The position numbers and the translations under genes are program-made. A DNA stretch of 64,000 nucleotides from Amoeboaphelidium protococcarum X5 (lineage: Eukaryota; Fungi; Aphelidiomycota). Numbering within the stretch: position 1 is the first letter of the stretch; the number at the start of each line of letters is the position of its first letter. Shown here one piece after another: positions 11,283 through 27,627 of this stretch. The notes under the pieces were generated by a model. That model was not told the origin of the DNA. It searched no databases and worked only from the letters and a program-made list of their open reading frames with translations. The DNA lies in the NCBI GenBank assembly GCA_023515725.1, contig JALDTO010000208.1, positions 599,768-663,767 of the forward strand. Direction: 5' to 3'.

Positions 11283-13406
11283 ATGGATAATAATGATAAA
11301 GGCCAATTGATAGAGTTGCTTAATGAGAAAATTCATAGAAAGTCTCTATATGATCTGCACACTCATCTAATCGGTATGGGCAATGCCAACTTTTGGGTGG
11401 GACAGATTATGAGTACATACTTGCTGCATTCAAAGTCTGTCTGCTTGCCTCCAAACTTGAAAGAACTAACCGTGAAAGAACTCAGCCGGCGATTAATCAG
11501 ACTACTCAAAGAGCAGCTAAATATTGATGCCACTATTGATGAGCTGCTAAGGAAATTACAATGCACACCTCAAGCTGAATCAATCTTAGATGTTTCAGTC
11601 TCGTAGGATATTCTAGATTTAAGGAGTGGTACTTTATGGGATTGTTTGAGGACATTGTTCACAGACGACGTTGTGTACAAGTATGATGCTCTTGCAGCTG
11701 CCCTGGGTATACATAGCAAGTACAGTTGGGATGCTAAAAATCAACAATTATAAGAATTAAGGGTGGAGGAATTATTGGCAGAACTAGAGAAGCGATTTTC
11801 AGCTGCTTTGATATCATTAGAGATGGAGTTTGCCGACATTATGCGTCCGTACGTAGTCCTAAATTCAAGGGAGAAGTAATTCTAATATATAAAGTATGGT
11901 ATTCGGAATGCGGATCTGGTAAAGCTGATATCTAATGATAAGAACGTTCACTGTTAATCCTTGAGGTCTTAAATTAGATCAGCATTCACTTTTTTAGATG
12001 GCGATGGGTTACAGATTGTAGATCATGAACATAATCTGCTCTTAGAGACTAAAATTAGATCCAATTTCACTCCAGAATTCGATAGTAGATTTAAATTGCG
12101 TGATTGTATATATGAGCAAAAGCTTGAAGTTTTAGGAATATTACTTAATCATGTTGTTCACAACTATGACAAGGCTGGAGTACGGTATGTAGAATTTTCA
12201 TTGGGCATTGGCGATTGTCTTCGGGAACATGTCTGGCACCATTTGCTTAACAATTCTTTTAGTAAGAGCCAGTCCATTAAAGAGCCGATAAATGATACCT
12301 CATCATGCGACGATGGTGGTGATGGTGATGATATCTCTACTGGCAAAGATGCAAGTGAACGGAGCCGAAAGAGGTAGAGAACTGTGTCGAATAACAACAG
12401 CGCCAATAAAATGTCTCATGCACCCCAAGAGAAGGCATTATCATAGAAGCCTTTCTGGCGTTAGAGACTATCGCTCTATCATGATAAGCCAAAAGATTTT
12501 GTGATGAAGTTTTTGGCTTCATTTAAAAGAAGTACGTAGTCTGTATCTGAGTATAATCTTGATCCTCTGATTTATGCGAATTATGCCGTCCATCAGATTC
12601 TGCAGCTATCAGACATGGAAGTTTCTAAACTGGCAAAAGCTCCATCATCACTCTATCCCAAAGTATTCAATTATGTGGAGCAACTCTCAAATGTATTGCA
12701 TGACTCTAAGAGTAGCTTAAGAAACATCATACTCTCATGGGTAGTTGGATTCGATTGGGTAGGTAACGAGAAGGGAGCTCCTTACTGTGCTTTTGTTGAC
12801 GACAGATTTATCTCGGTGGCAAAGTATTTTACACAGCATGGCGTAGCTGGAAAGTCTTTTGGATTCCGTATTCATTGTGGAGAATATATTCCCAGAAGTT
12901 CTAGCATCATTACTGGCCAGCATCTTTAAAAGTATTATGACCGTCACATGCAAATTACATAGATTGTTTTGGAATCTATGATTATGAAATTGGGTATACA
13001 GCCAGCAGAATCTCCATAAGATGTCTGTCGTGGATTGCGCGTCGGCCATGGAATTGCATTTCTATCACCATCATGCATTGCCATATAAGAAATACTGAGA
13101 AGGTATAAAATTGTATGCGAGCTCAACTTGACAAGCAATCAGTATCTATTAAACGACTTTTACGATTCTGCCATCATGTCCAGATCAGATACTATTATCA
13201 AGAACTTTGGAAAGCTGGAGATTCCCGCCATATTGTCGACAGATGATGACGGTATCTGGGATATTCTGCCATGCTAACAACACTCCTCTCATGTCTCACT
13301 CGCCGCTGAGTATTGTCACGCAATCTCGACTTCAATGATAGTTGACTCTCAAGAATTATCACAAATGATTGAAACTACGCGTAAATGCGCTTTCATACCT
13401 GAGTGA
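11283..13406 (+). CDS. Large adenosine/AMP deaminase-family metallo-dependent hydrolase, 707 aa
   Basis: DLHTHLIG, GVRYVEFS, VVGFDWVGNE, FRIHCGE, LRVGHGIAF, VCELNLTSNQYL and ILSTDDDGIW in one code-6 frame ending in TGA. Confidence 0.85.
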
Positions 13407-13529
13407 ATTACTCTTAATAAATGATGATCGATTTTAGAAACTAGATGAGAAATAGTTCAATAATTAGGACTTATAATAGTTAAAGTATCACACTTAGGAT
13501 CTCTATAAGTCATCATGCGACGCCAGTTA

Positions 13530-14390
13530 TCAAGAGCATCCTTGTTCTACAGCAAACGACTTTTTCATCTTCAAGGCTGGAATATCCTTCGCCCTACCAA
13601 GAGCTACGTATACATGTCCATTGGCGAAATATTTCCAAAAATCTATAGTCAAATTCTAACATTATCCGCTTTACACTTTGTGTACAGTCAATCCATAGGC
13701 CAACATCAAAGGTGGTGCGAACCGTTCGCCGACCACCATTTTATTCAGCACCTATTCGCGCTCTCCGTCCTCTACTAGCGTTCCTGTCACCAATTCAAAC
13801 TTGTGCTCTTTTACCCGAACAACTTTTGGCCCATGCTTAGTCGCCACTCGCACAATGGGATAATTCTCTTCATCAAAACCGATTACTTTACCAAGATTTT
13901 GATTAAAGATCTTTTCTCATTTGAAGTTGGCAACTACCATTACCACCGCGTTAATCCACAGCTCAATCTGATCATCAACTCTCTCACAGAACGGCAGTTC
14001 CGGGTCAAGATTACGGTATTCCTCTTTCAAAGTATCCTTGGCCTTGTATCTTAACTTCTCCGCTGTGACAGATTCAGAGATCCTGAGATTATGATCCAAG
14101 GCCAGACGCCTGGTCGCAAAGAGATAGTAACGTCTCATTTGATACTTAATATCGACATCCTCCTCTTCCTTTAGTGTTTCCAGAAACTCAAGTTACTCAC
14201 GATTCAACTCATCCCCAACTCTAATGGTAATGAGGAGGCACCTATGGCAATTAAATATGAAGTCGAAATGCCATTGAAGAAAACGTCTCGACATCTAAAT
14301 ATTTGAGTGAGATATACAAACTTGAAGTTGAGACGCGTATAAGTCCTGCTCTTGAATGTCAGACAGTATTCATTTCCTCCCAAGTCATAA
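13530..14390 (-). pseudogene. PIF1-family helicase C-terminal remnant
   Basis: FVYLTQIFRCRD, frameshift to LLITIRVGDE, IELWINAVVMVVANFK*EKIFNQNLGKVIGF (in-frame TGA at 13917), PLMLAYGLTVHKVQ, FANGHVYVALGRAK. No Walker A/B found upstream. Confidence 0.75.
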
Positions 14391-15494
14391 TATTGAGATC
14401 AAGCATGATAACTGACTACTATCTCTGAGACTTAAGATTCTTTTGGACTCACAGACTATGTAGCATCACTCTTCCACGGCTCACAGAACTACGACTTCAT
14501 CATATTCCAGTCTTCCATCAATGGATCTATCTACGTCCTCTGCTTCAGTGACATTACATAAGCTGCCGAGTGAATTAACTTGTAATCATTAATTCTGATA
14601 ATAACTTGGTGTCTTTGATGGCTTTCTCTTTCTACTCACTCTTTATCAGTAAATGCGAATTAACAGAGTACGTGCATTCCAATAGCACTACGAAAATTGA
14701 AGATCTTATTCTTCGCACTCAATTTTGTCAAGCAATTGCAGGAAGCCGCGCAGTTACGTCTTTCAAGCTACACTTCTTCGCGCTTCATTTCATCTTCCAA
14801 CTTCCGTAACAACATCCAGTATTCCTCGTACTCGTATGCACTATTGTTGTCAGTCGAATCAGCTTAATCATCCGAGCGTTATCATTGTATGTACCATTAT
14901 ATGCAAGCAATTAATTAAACTCACAATAGTATTCACAATCGCTGTATCAAACTTTACTATGCTATTTAATGCCCGCGCCCATTGCGGACGACTTGCTATT
15001 TCTTAATCTAGCTATGTAACTGATTCCTCGGGCGACAATGGACATTTTCTCTGCGCAACCTACTGGATGAAATCTTCATACGCCAACTTGCACCACTTTA
15101 TTTCTTATAAGGCAACGATAAATGAGATAAGTTACTATAAAAATGAGCAAACCAGTAACATTAAGCGAAACTGGAGCTACCAAGAGACTAATAAATACAA
15201 ATTAGCACCAGGAACGCCCAAGACCAGCACTTTAACCTTGATCATGACATCAATCCCCAAAATGTCATATTTTCTGATTCTCTTTGCATTAAAACTTATT
15301 CAGTAATTTTAAATACTGCTAAGAGACTTTCATATACTTTGTAACTTATCAAGATCTGTCAAAAGTTGGATCTTTAGCCACTATTATAGAGGTAGTAAAG
15401 TAAGATCAACGCGTTATACAACTCTCTCTCTCTCTCGTCTTTGTTGAGATAAGAAGATTTCTCATCCAAATAGAGAGAAAAGAAGAGAACAAAT

Positions 15495-16168
15495 ATGTCC
15501 AAGATTCAACAAAACGATCAAGTGGTGGCTGGCTAAAGACTGGGTAATGCATTAGAATATGCCATTGGGAATAATGTCTACTGCTTTAAAGATGGTATTT
15601 ACGCATCGCTGACTGGTAGCGTTGAGATTAAGAAGTAACATGTAAGATTTTTATTTTTTTTCGATTATCTTTGATGATATACTAAGCTTATTAAACTGTT
15701 AAATTTAGGTAGAATAATTCCAAGTCTTAAATATCTATAGTAGGATCAAGGTCGACTAATTCTACACCATCAATCGGCTCAGTGATTTTGGGTAAAGTAT
15801 CACGCGTCACTCCGGTGCAGGCGAATGTCGATATTCTGGCATTGAGTGATAACATTGCCGAGGATGGACGACTGTTCATTGAGCCGTATAGAGGCGTACT
15901 CCGGAAGTAGGATGTGCGATTGCATAACATTGATCAGGTGGTGATGAGTGACTGCTTCCGACCTGATGATGTCATTCGCGCAGAGATTATATCATTTGGT
16001 GATAGTCGCAGCTACTACTTGTCCACTGCCAAGAACGAGTATGGTGTGGTGTATGCTAGATCTTCAGACAGTGATGCTGTAATGCAACCAATCTCTTGGT
16101 AGTCCATGTAATGTACAAAATCTGGTATGATTGAATCGAGAAAATGTGCAAAACCTCTTGATACGTGA
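15495..16168 (+). CDS. CSL4: Exosome complex component CSL4, intron 15642-15712
   Basis: VVAGQRLG, IYASLTG, PSIGSVILGKVSRV, GVLRKQDVR, CFRPDDVIRAEIISFGD, YYLSTAKNEYGVVYA, MQPISWQSMQCTKSGMIESRKCAKP. Confidence 0.93.
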
Positions 16169-16259
16169 CATCCTTTTAAAATATAGTTTTAATAGTATTG
16201 GATATAGTGTAAAAGTATCCTAGTAGAGCTTAATTAATCTTCAATAATCACAAGGGATT

Positions 16260-17444
16260 TCATTATTATTTGTCACATGTGGCGATATTCTGGCGCCAGT
16301 CAAGCATGATACATGCAGTGCAATAGTGAGCATAGGTGGCACATACAACAGCGATATGCCACCACTGATGTGAGTGACCGAAAATATCACACTTGCCGGG
16401 GAACCATCTCTCCGGAATACGACTGGCGTAAATGAAAGCACCACCCAGATAGAAAAAGGTCATCACACCAATGCCAACATACGCGCGATAGTCCAGAGTT
16501 TCAGGGAATCCGTACTCTATCAGATACTGGAAGCAGGGTGTCGCACTAGTCACCGCACTCAAAGTGTAAATAATGGCCCGCCATTTACGAAAGCTCCGAT
16601 GCGCCCACTTCTCATGAAATGGACCAATAACACCCACAAAGGCCACCATAATGGTCAGCGTAACCCATACTCGTCTACTGATAGCATCGCAGTAGAACGC
16701 CAGGTAGGTGATTATACTATTGGATCCACAGATCATCGTGCTGATGCCGGCATAATCAAGACATCCAAACTTAACAAATGCATACTTAGAGTGGGAGTAA
16801 TGAGTGTGGAATAGAGAGCTGAACAGGAAGCAGGCGATGGCACAGCAAAAGAACATGGACATTGCCAGCTTATCACCCACAAGCGCATCTTCACTTCTCA
16901 TCCCACCCACAGTCTATATGAACAGATAGAGCACCAGACAGAGACCGAACAAGTGGCTCCAAATGTTCATAGACTCATTATGAAGTCTCAATACGGAGTG
17001 CCACAACTCAAAATAGGTGTAGTAAGCACGATATCCAGAGCGGATGTACTCATTGTCCTGCAAGAAAGTAGGTACATCCTTATACGCAAATGTGGGTGGA
17101 ACATATATCCTGCCTTCCTCTTTGCAGCATTATCGCTCCAGATTCAACTTTTCTGTCCAACGCTTCACTTTAATGTCCTCTTCATCGGGCAGAACATCTG
17201 TTACACCACTAGCCACCAACTTATGAATATCCTGCGATGATAAATGGATCTCTCTCCTCCTCAGTGAATTACCATGACTGAACGATGAATCTTGAGCCTT
17301 ATTAACTGCATTAGATTGACCGTCATTGCCGTTCTCCTAATCTAGCAGATTAACATGCTCACCATCATCTACACCATCAGCACTATCGCTAGCAGTCGAT
17401 GACTATTTCAATCTTGATCCCTTCTTAGGCATTGCAACCACCAT
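16260..17444 (-). CDS. PAQR / hemolysin III family membrane receptor (AdipoR/IZH-like), 394 aa
   Basis: PTFLQDNEYIRSGYR, LHNESMNIWSH, SSLFHTHYSHS, LDYAGIS, RIPERWFPGKCDIFGHSHQWWHIAVV. Confidence 0.93.
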
Positions 17445-18102
17445 CAGTTTTATTTAATAAGACTAAGGAATAAGTTGTAAATCTCACACACAGATTTATA
17501 AAACAGAGAGTGATAATCAAATGTCTTTACAGAACTGACACACAGTACGATATATTAACGATCGGAAATGATGGGAATAAACCTAAAGTTTTCTTCTTAA
17601 TTAATCAAGTGAGCAGGAACTTGATTAATGTTTGTTTACCACGCCAAGAATCAACCGAGATTTGATTGAAAGAGGTTAAACTTTACCGACTATAACCAAG
17701 TGATGAGAATCGTAGTGTAACAACAACAACAACAAACTAAAATTGGAAATCACGATCGCCGATGATGATGAAGAATGATGACAACTTGATGGAGAGAGAG
17801 CGCGCGATCGGAACGACGAACGTTGAAAATTGATCAAAGCTTTGCGGTATTTCACACTTTGATTGACTATCTCAAATCATCATGCCTGTAATATACCGCG
17901 ATTACATTCATTCTGATTAAATTTAGCCATTGTTATTTCATATAGGAAGCGTAAAAGTAGAATAGACACAAACCTCTTTAAGATTGAAGCAGAACTAACA
18001 GTTACCGGCGTTCCCTGATTTACTACATTGATCAACACAATTTAATCGCGTTTTCTCTCAGTTTTTCTCACTTACCATCATCAAATAATAATTGCAGAGA
18101 AA

Positions 18103-19707
18103 ATGACAAAATTAACAACAGGCATAAAGTTTGATACGAAGCGGTTCAAGTCTGATATTAAGCTATTCTAAAAGCAATAGAATAAAAAGTAGAAGCTATA
18201 TTCTAGTGATATATAGTCAAGTTCTGCAAATGACGCGTAGTTGCCTGATTTCTTTGGTAGCAAGTAGTAAAACTAATCAAATGTGGAGGCCTCAGAAATA
18301 TAATCTAAGAATCAGTAATAGCTTTAAAGTGATACTAATGATACTCTGCATTTGATTAAAAGCCAAGATATAGAGGATTTTAAAGATTAGGAAGAGCTGG
18401 CACTATTTAGAAAGCGGAAATAGATTCGCATATATGGAAATGATGCTGGTGTTGATCCTGTAAAAAGTCTGATGCATCTTTAGGAAAAGTATCACATCCA
18501 AGATGAAGTTGTGTCTTCTATGATTAAGTTTGGATACCATGAGTTCAGTGCCGTTTAGTTATAAGCTATGCCATTGCTTTTGTAAGGAAAAGATGTAATT
18601 TGCTGTGCTCCTACGGGAAGTGGGAAATCTTTGGCATATCTTATTCCTATACTGCACAAGTTTGCCACCTTGGGAGCATCTGAGGAGAGTGGGGATGATG
18701 TTAAAAGTAATAATCGCGTTAAAGGTCTTATTCTTACACCATCAAGAGAGCTGGCATCATAGATTGAGCGCGAAATTGCCAAGATACTTCCATCCAGCTC
18801 TCAGCTTACTTACTCTTAGTATCAAGGAGTAGATTAACAGCTTCCTCACCTGCTTGTAAGCACGCCGCTTAGATTGATGAACGCCTTAAAAAATGACAGC
18901 CTAGACTTGAGCAGTGTTGAATGCGTTGTTATCGATGAAGCTGATAAAATGTTTAATGACAGTCTGTTGAAATAGCTTGATTGCATATTGGCAGCTTGCA
19001 ATGGACAGAATGTACAAAAGTGTCTGTTTAGCGCTACTATAAATTCTGATGTAGAGCTTATGGCGATGGGTATTATGAAGAATCCTGTGCGCGTCCTTAT
19101 TGGTACTAGACACGCGGCTAACGATTAAATTGACTAAAAATTGCTATTTGTTGGATAGGAAGAAGGTAAGATGATGGCATTGCGCAATTTGATCCATGAT
19201 GGAATCAAGCCTCCCGTTCTCATCTTTGTGGAGACTATTGAACGTGCCAAAATGCTTTATCAGAGTTTGAGCCAGAAAGCGGAATTACACGTTGATGTCT
19301 TCTATTCTGAACTAACTGCGGACGAGCGAGAGTAAGCTATTAAGAAGTTCAGAAAGTAGGAGTCTTGGATTCTAATCACCACTGATCTTCTAGGTCGTGG
19401 AATTGATTTTAAAGGTGTACGCATGGTGATCAACTATGACTTTCCACCCAACGCGGCATCCTATATCCATCGTATCGGGCGTACGGAACGCGGTAAACAG
19501 AGCGGTACTGCCGTGACATTCTTCTTGAAGTCTGACGCGTGCAAGCTACGAAGCATCGCCAATGTGATGAATAGTAGCGGCTGTGAAGTTCCCGAGTGGA
19601 TGTTGAAGTTGCCCAAGGAGAAAGATGCCAAGAGAAGGAAATTGTAAAAGTTTGTAGCCAAAGGTAAATAGTAGCAGTAACAGAAGTCGTCGAATAAGGC
19701 TGAGTGA
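18103..19707 (+). CDS. ROK1: DEAD-box RNA helicase ROK1/DDX52, 534 aa
   Basis: N-terminal [109 protein letters not shown]. Confidence 0.93.
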
Positions 19708-19801
19708 ATTGACTATCTTAATATACAGTCTTCTGCAAAATAAAGTTGTTTTTAAATTCTCCCTTCAAGCTACATAGTGAGTGTCTTATTTACTACAGGT
19801 A

Positions 19802-20190
19802 TCACAGGTATATGCCAAAAGATTGCATGAGAAAGAGAGAGCCAAAACCGAGTAGGACAGACGCAGGTACCGCCATGGACAATTCTCTTAACAGGGATCG
19901 CTAACTAGGGACAGTGTTCACTTGATATCTACACTCTAAATAGAAGACGTGCTATTCAAGTATTTTAACTCTAGTAATATCAACCGGCACAAATAACTTA
20001 CATTAAGAAGGATGAAGCAAGTAAAAATCCCAATGTTAGCAAGAGAATATTCAAGATTTTAAAATATGCTTGAGGTACAAATTCCTCAAACTCCCCTGCA
20101 TTCTCCCAGTCCACCTACATTTTAAGAATAGAAGTTAAGTACAATCTCTAAATAACAATTCAAAAAGATATTTACAAATTGCGAATTCAT
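19802..20190 (-). CDS. OST5: Oligosaccharyltransferase subunit OST5/TMEM258, 84 aa, introns 20115-20175 and 19929-20001
   Basis: Spliced product ...FEEFVPQAYFKILNILLLTLGFLLASSFLIYQV...ELSMAVPASVLLGFGSLFLMQSFGIYL* matches the two-TM TMEM258/OST5 pattern. Confidence 0.8.
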
Positions 20191-21843
20191 ATTTAAATCT
20201 ACAGTATTAATATCCACCAGTAGTATACAGTAAATGACAATGAACCTACGTCTGAGGAATGGATTAAAGCTGGGCTGAGCTCTGCAAACGCTGCAGTGTC
20301 AAAATACGAAAACGCGTCGGGAAAAGTCGCGTTTGTTTCATGTTGGTAAGAAATCTATCCACAATTTGGTACGCAACGGAGAGAGATGGTGCAAGACGTT
20401 GATTCTAATGCTTATGGACATCATGGTGGTGTAAATATTCTACCTCGTTAGCTTCTGAATGGACTGACACAAGTAGCTTTCCCCGAGTATCGTGGCAGAG
20501 TTCATCCCATTTCAGAGTCATCTCGAAAATACCAAGGTGAGATACACTGTACAATGTCGCATATACATCATAACCATATGTGAACAAAGTCACCTTGTGT
20601 AGCCAGAGAGGTCATGTCCAATCTTTAACTGTAAATACTTGTAAACTACAACATTGTGCTGACTGGGATTTGGATTATATACACTGCCGCAATGATCATT
20701 TACCGAAATACTCTGCCCGGAACGCGGCAAACGACTTAAACAACTGATGCCATTCTCCTCCTGTTGGGATGCATTTGTGAATATTATCGTCTTTAACTGG
20801 GCTACACTGGAAATTTATTAGAACGAGTAAGACATTGAATTATTTTAAACATTTATTTACATATAATATGATGTAGGTGCCTGAACTTGTCGGGTTCTCA
20901 ATAGCATCTATATGCCCAATGCTTCTCATTACCGTATACTTTCTGATTGAACAGTTCAGATAGTCTGTGCTCCCTTTCGAATACGCGTTAAATGGTTGGT
21001 ACTCGTTGATGTTGTTAATTTAAGCTGTATTGGGCTATTCGACCGTCAAAAAACTCATCAATTCACACAACAAAATTTTCTCTCGTTCTGCTGAATGATA
21101 ATGATGTTTAAATCTAATACCTATTGATTTCTCAAAAGTGTTCAATTTGAAGTCATAGATGCCTCCATCTGCCTAACTTCCATTCTTATTCACTAACGCA
21201 AGAGCACTGCGAGCGACTAAGTCGGTGCCGTTTTATTACGCCCCACGGACTACCGTGGGAGCACCGTCGGCCCTGATCAGATATATCAGCAGTAGTGACT
21301 AGATTGCAAAGAGTGCAGCGCATTAAAAGTTTTAGACGCCAATACTTCAATTTTATATCTCATCATTGTAATCGTTCCACTCCGCATGAATCAATATTCT
21401 ACTTTTCTGGTCCGAAGCCACCTATTGACAGCCTGAACTGTGAGCCAATCATAGCCATAGATCTATACCAGCATTATCTTATGATTCTATGCCAAAAAGT
21501 GGATCGTTTTCGACACTATCATCAATGCATTCTCCGCGGCTTTACAATATCACGCGAGAATAAAATTAATGAATATGGCTTAAAACCCGCGAATAAATCG
21601 TTGAGTCACAGCTTTTTCCAAGTAATACAATATACAGTTTAGACATTACCGCCCAACAATCCAATGCTTGGTGAAACAGGCTCAAATGCGCGAGCGGACT
21701 CGTAATTTCCTAATCGGGAACATCTGTTCCAATCAGAGCTGTTTCAGAGATTCTAGCCACTTTTCCGTTATCAGCATGACTTCTCTATTCTCTTACTACT
21801 AGCACTTACTTTCATTTATTTGTTGTATTATCTGATTAATAAT

Positions 21844-22470
21844 ATGAGCTAATCGCATTCGGAAGATTGGAAAACTATATTTCAAAGGAGACTAGACGCG
21901 TTGGCCGAGGAGAATGCAGATTTGAAGCTTGAGAATGCAAAATTGAGAAAGGAGAATGATCAATTGAGAAAGGAGAATGATCAATGGAAAAAGGAGAATG
22001 ATCAAAAGATTGCAAAGCTCACTGCAGAAAATGAAGACTTGAGAAAAAAAGTTGACAAGATTGCTGAAGATGTCAAAGACATCAAAAGCAGAATGAGAGA
22101 TTCTCGCCTCGCCATTGCAAAATCCACTGCGTCCCATGATCTAGCTCTAAAGATGGTAAATTTTACTTCCAATTGCCTGTGATTATATATGATGATAGAT
22201 GAAAATTTCCATGCGTAGATATTAATTCTCAAATGTGTGTCCGGAGTTAGTGCAGTCTTGTTCGTAATCGCTTTAGCTTTTTAGCTATCGCGAGCGGTAG
22301 TTTGGCCTCCACTGCACTAATTCTGGTTGGCTGTATCTCATTAACCTTCCCTATTGGGTCTATTTTGGATGGCCTAGATTCATATTAATGAGCATATAGC
22401 CAACATCTATAACGAAAAGGAGCTGTAACGCTCTTATGATGATTTGTCGAAGTCAAAGAAGAATGACTGA
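21844..22470 (+). CDS. Coiled-coil plus transmembrane protein of unknown function, intron 22156-22218
   Basis: ATG 21844; heptad repeats (LRKENDQ) from 21-bp tandem units; GTAAAT...GCGTAG intron; hydrophobic second exon; TGA 22468. A paralog lies at 26643-27280. Confidence 0.55.
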
Positions 22471-22865
22471 TTTTAACCAGCTTCCTTTTTTTAACGCTCG
22501 CAGCGCCTTGGCACTAAGAGCTCTTCTATATCTCGTTTTTATCTCCATCACGTTCGCCACACAGATTGTAGGCTAGATATTTTTCACCAGCGTTACTCTA
22601 TATTCCCTTTTTCACTATTGAAACTTTGGTTAAATGAGTTACTATAGAACAATTTAGGCGGCGATCCGGATTTGAACACTAAAGTTTCCATTCTTGAAAC
22701 AGCGCCGCTGTGATTGGCCCCGTGTGAATCAGTTGACTCCTTTTTATCATTACTATTCTCTTGACTTCCCTTTTCTCACCAAAAAAAGAATTGCTTTGCT
22801 CAGTCACAGATATCATACCGACTCTTTAGCTTTGTGAAATCGACAATTAATTTCGAATCGAAAAT

Positions 22866-23411
22866 ATGTCTAGATTGACTGCGGTTAGTGTTTTGCTGCT
22901 GCAGCTACTATTTATCCAGCTGGCTTGTGGTTTCGCTCTTGATTAGAGATTGAACAGCCTTTTCGTCAGACCTCAGTTGCAGCATGCATTCAACAGATTC
23001 AATGATGCTGTTGATACTTTGGATGACCCGCTGTATGAGCTGTGTGATGATCCTGCTAGCCATGTGATGACTATCAAGAGCATCACTCTGGACCCCAATC
23101 CACCTAAGATTGATCAGGACATCGTTATTAAGTTGGATGGCGACATGAAGAAGGAGGTGACCTCGGGTAAGGTCAAGTTGGATTTGGTGCTTGGATTTAT
23201 CCGCATTAGACAGGAAGTTGATCTGTGTGATAGTCTCGGCTAGTACACTGATACTAGTTGTCCTCTAAAGTAGGGAAATAATGTGGTGACTGTGAGACAG
23301 CACATCCCGAGAGAGATTCCTCCATTGGCTGTCAAAGGTAACGTCAAGGCTTACGATCAGGATGGCAACCTGTTGACTTGCGTTAACATCAAATTCAAAT
23401 TCTCTCGTTGA
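22866..23411 (+). CDS. NPC2: ML-domain lipid transfer protein (NPC2 / PG-PI transfer protein), 181 aa
   Basis: Signal peptide, CDDPASHVMTIKSITLDPNPP, EVDLCD, TSCPLKQG, IPREIP, LLTCVNI. Confidence 0.85.
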
Positions 23412-23527
23412 ATACACCGTGAATATTGTTCAGGAATCGTAAGTATATACTCGATTGTTCATTATGATATAATAACTTTTGATTTCACCTTAAAATCACT
23501 ATTCTTATTCTTCCTCTTCTTCATTGA

Positions 23528-26313
<2,786 letters not shown>

Positions 26314-26642
26314 AATTGATGTTTATAAATGCAAAGTATGATGATAATGAGGCCGTTCGTTCTGTCTCCAAAACAGGGAACTAAAAGGAATAATAAAAAA
26401 CTTTGTACGTACGCGACTATATTTGAAAGGCATTACTTACCGCGAGAGAGCTCCCTATTACAAAGGAGAAAGAGTGGTTGCACTTAAATGAACCAATTGA
26501 AACGCCAAATTATGTGAAAATTTTATCAATGAAGTGAATCTGAGAATTATTAACTGTATATGCTGTGTGGCTTTAATACATCATTCAAGGATCAAAAGTA
26601 AATATGAGAGGCGCATTGATCCTAACGTAAACTTTCCCAACT

Positions 26643-27280
26643 TCAGCTCAGGAGCAGACGTTCTGTAGTTCTGAACATCGCTTCCAACATTGACTTAGAC
26701 AAATCATCATATGAGCGTTAGAGCTCCTTCTCGTTATAGATGTTGGCTATATGATCATTAATATGTATCTAGGCCATCCAATATAGACCTGGTAAGGAAG
26801 GGATTTATGAGAAACAACCAACTACAATTTGTGCAGTAGCCGCCAAACTCCCGCTTGCGACTGCTAAAGCTAGAGCGATTACGAAAAAGACTGCAATAAC
26901 TCCGGACACGCATTTGAGAATTAATATCTACGCATTGGAATCATAAGACATCATCAATTTCAATTAAAAATGAAATTTACCATTTGAAACTCTAGATCAT
27001 GAGATGCAACGGATTTTGCAAGTCGGCTTTTGAGCACTCTTTTACAATGACTAGTCTTTTCGATGGCGTTAACCTTTCACTTTTGACACAGTCATTGTTA
27101 CTTCCTTCAGATACCAGTTCAAAAGAGATTGAATCGCTACAGCTACGCGCGCGTATCTCTTTTTGCTTCAGACACCTCTGACATCAACTGCAATCATGTC
27201 GACTTTTCTCTGAGATCAGAATTTTCGGCCTTTAACTGTGCTTTTCGGCCCTGTAGGTGTGAATTGTCTTCACTTAGCTT
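26643..27280 (-). pseudogene. Inverted paralog of the 21844-22470 gene with a disrupted first exon
   Basis: Same intron position (ATG|GTAAAT...ATGCGTAG|ATATTAATTCTCAAATG) and near-identical exon 2 (ILILKCVSGV...WMAQIHIN.HIANIYNEKELQRSYDDLSKS). The upstream part carries a frameshift and TGA codons. Confidence 0.7.
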
Positions 27281-27627
27281 AACGCCAACAAACAGGAGTA
27301 ACTACCGGCTCTGTCCAACGACCAACTAGTAGGCCTGATCTTGGTTTTCTCGATTACGCGGTCCAACCGTATCATTAAAAAGAACCATATTTCTCATGTT
27401 AGACACCATGCATCGCACAGAAAACGAGTCCATTTCTTTAAGAGCTTTTGGTGCTTTAGCAATCGCGTCCAAACTATGGACCGACTTCCAAAATAAAGTC
27501 TCGCATGGACCGTGGGAAGTCTCATGAGAGAAGGAGAAACTCGCCTCACTATGACACTTCCTCTCGCGGAACTGCATCGTCACTTCGCGATTTTAATCCC
27601 TGCAGTTGATCAGCACTCTGTTATATC

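Noticed and set aside
20230-21700. Short ORFs on both strands
   Set aside because: No recognisable motifs. With only one stop codon, long chance ORFs are common in code 6.
22655-22712. tRNA-like fragment (B-box GTTCAAATCC flanked by GCGGCG/CGCCGC on the minus strand)
   Set aside because: Too short, the T-stem does not pair and there is no anticodon arm.
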